In this document: one piece after another, positions 63,654 through 64,000 of the stretch
Layout of the letters: the number at the start of each line of letters is the position of its first letter
Numbering within the stretch: the first letter of the stretch is position 1
From: Amoebidium appalachense
Taxonomy: Eukaryota > Protista > Ichthyosporea
Reading direction: 5' to 3'
Assembly (NCBI GenBank): GCA_963693365.1
Contig: CAVNZM010000001.1
Location: 6,650,907-6,714,906 of the forward strand
Length of the DNA: 64,000 nt
Made by a program: the position numbers and the translations under genes
Notes under the pieces: model-generated
Told to the model about the DNA's origin: nothing
The model's input: the letters and a program-made list of their open reading frames with translations, nothing else
Databases searched by the model: none

Positions 63654-63871
63654 GGGGGGGAGGGGGGGGGGAGGGGGGGGGGAAGGGGGGGAGAAGGGAG
63701 GAGGGAGAGAGAGGGAAGGGGGATGCTGCACCTTCTTTGCACCGTGTGAGCGCCTGAGCCAGTGTGGCAGCAGCACGGCCATCATGGGAAAGTACACACA
63801 CTTCAGCTGAACCCTGATTGGATACTTATCAGACGCAGCTTCATCTAGCATCACCCATCCAGTAGAAAACT
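57251..63871 (-). CDS. Rossmann-like domain plus CDA-type Zn deaminase (LmjF36.5940-like family); 5' end outside window
   Basis: Exons 63871-63732, 62529-62401, 61887-61757, 60792-60687, 60048-59896, 59065-58930, 58779-58642, 58056-57913 and 57423-57251 are all phase-consistent. Motifs [35 protein letters not shown] (CxE), IAVLS and [28 protein letters not shown] (PCxxC), with a ~60-aa low-complexity insert between the Zn motifs. Confidence 0.85.
59685..59747 (-). repeat. Partial exon duplication within the deaminase-gene intron
   Basis: 63-bp copy of 59896-59958: [21 protein letters not shown] vs [21 protein letters not shown]. Confidence 0.9.
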
Positions 63872-64000
63872 CTAATTAAAATATAAAATGCATATAAGTC
63901 GATTTTTATATTGGGCCTGAGCCCAAAAACGTGAACGGAGGACCCTAGTAGTGATGTAGTGAGTATGATCTGATGGGTTATGTGGCAGTGTTCTGTACTA

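Overview
Eukaryotic, intron-rich genomic DNA. Gene content and exon layout suggest a unicellular opisthokont or holozoan-like protist (inference). Almost all of the ORF track is microsatellite or homopolymer noise; real genes only appear after manual splicing with phase checks. Genes: the 3' part of neurochondrin (+), with a tRNA-Asp(GTC) and a tandem pseudo-copy in an intron; a decayed spliced Cys/His-repeat gene (-); an intronless TFIIIA-like C2H2 gene (-); a type II membrane NXPE/PC-esterase-like SGNH protein (-); a helical-repeat/zf-MYND gene (+) with an internal stop; SKP2 (-) head-to-head with PRIM1 (+); a Rho-like pseudo-GTPase (-); and the 3' part of a Rossmann-fold plus cytidine-deaminase-like gene (-). 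There is also a 1.64-kb non-autonomous hAT-like element with a perfect 8-bp TSD. Highlights: (1) a systematic intron grammar of C-tracts after donors, CA repeats in place of the polypyrimidine tract, and complementary G/GT vs C/CA blocks within one intron; (2) a possibly CARF-like sensor fused to a Zn deaminase; (3) an AT-AC U12 intron in PRIM1; (4) a CCAAT/GC-box/E2F module between SKP2 and PRIM1. All homology calls are by eye and from memory, with no database searches. Homopolymer lengths and single-base frameshifts may be long-read artefacts.
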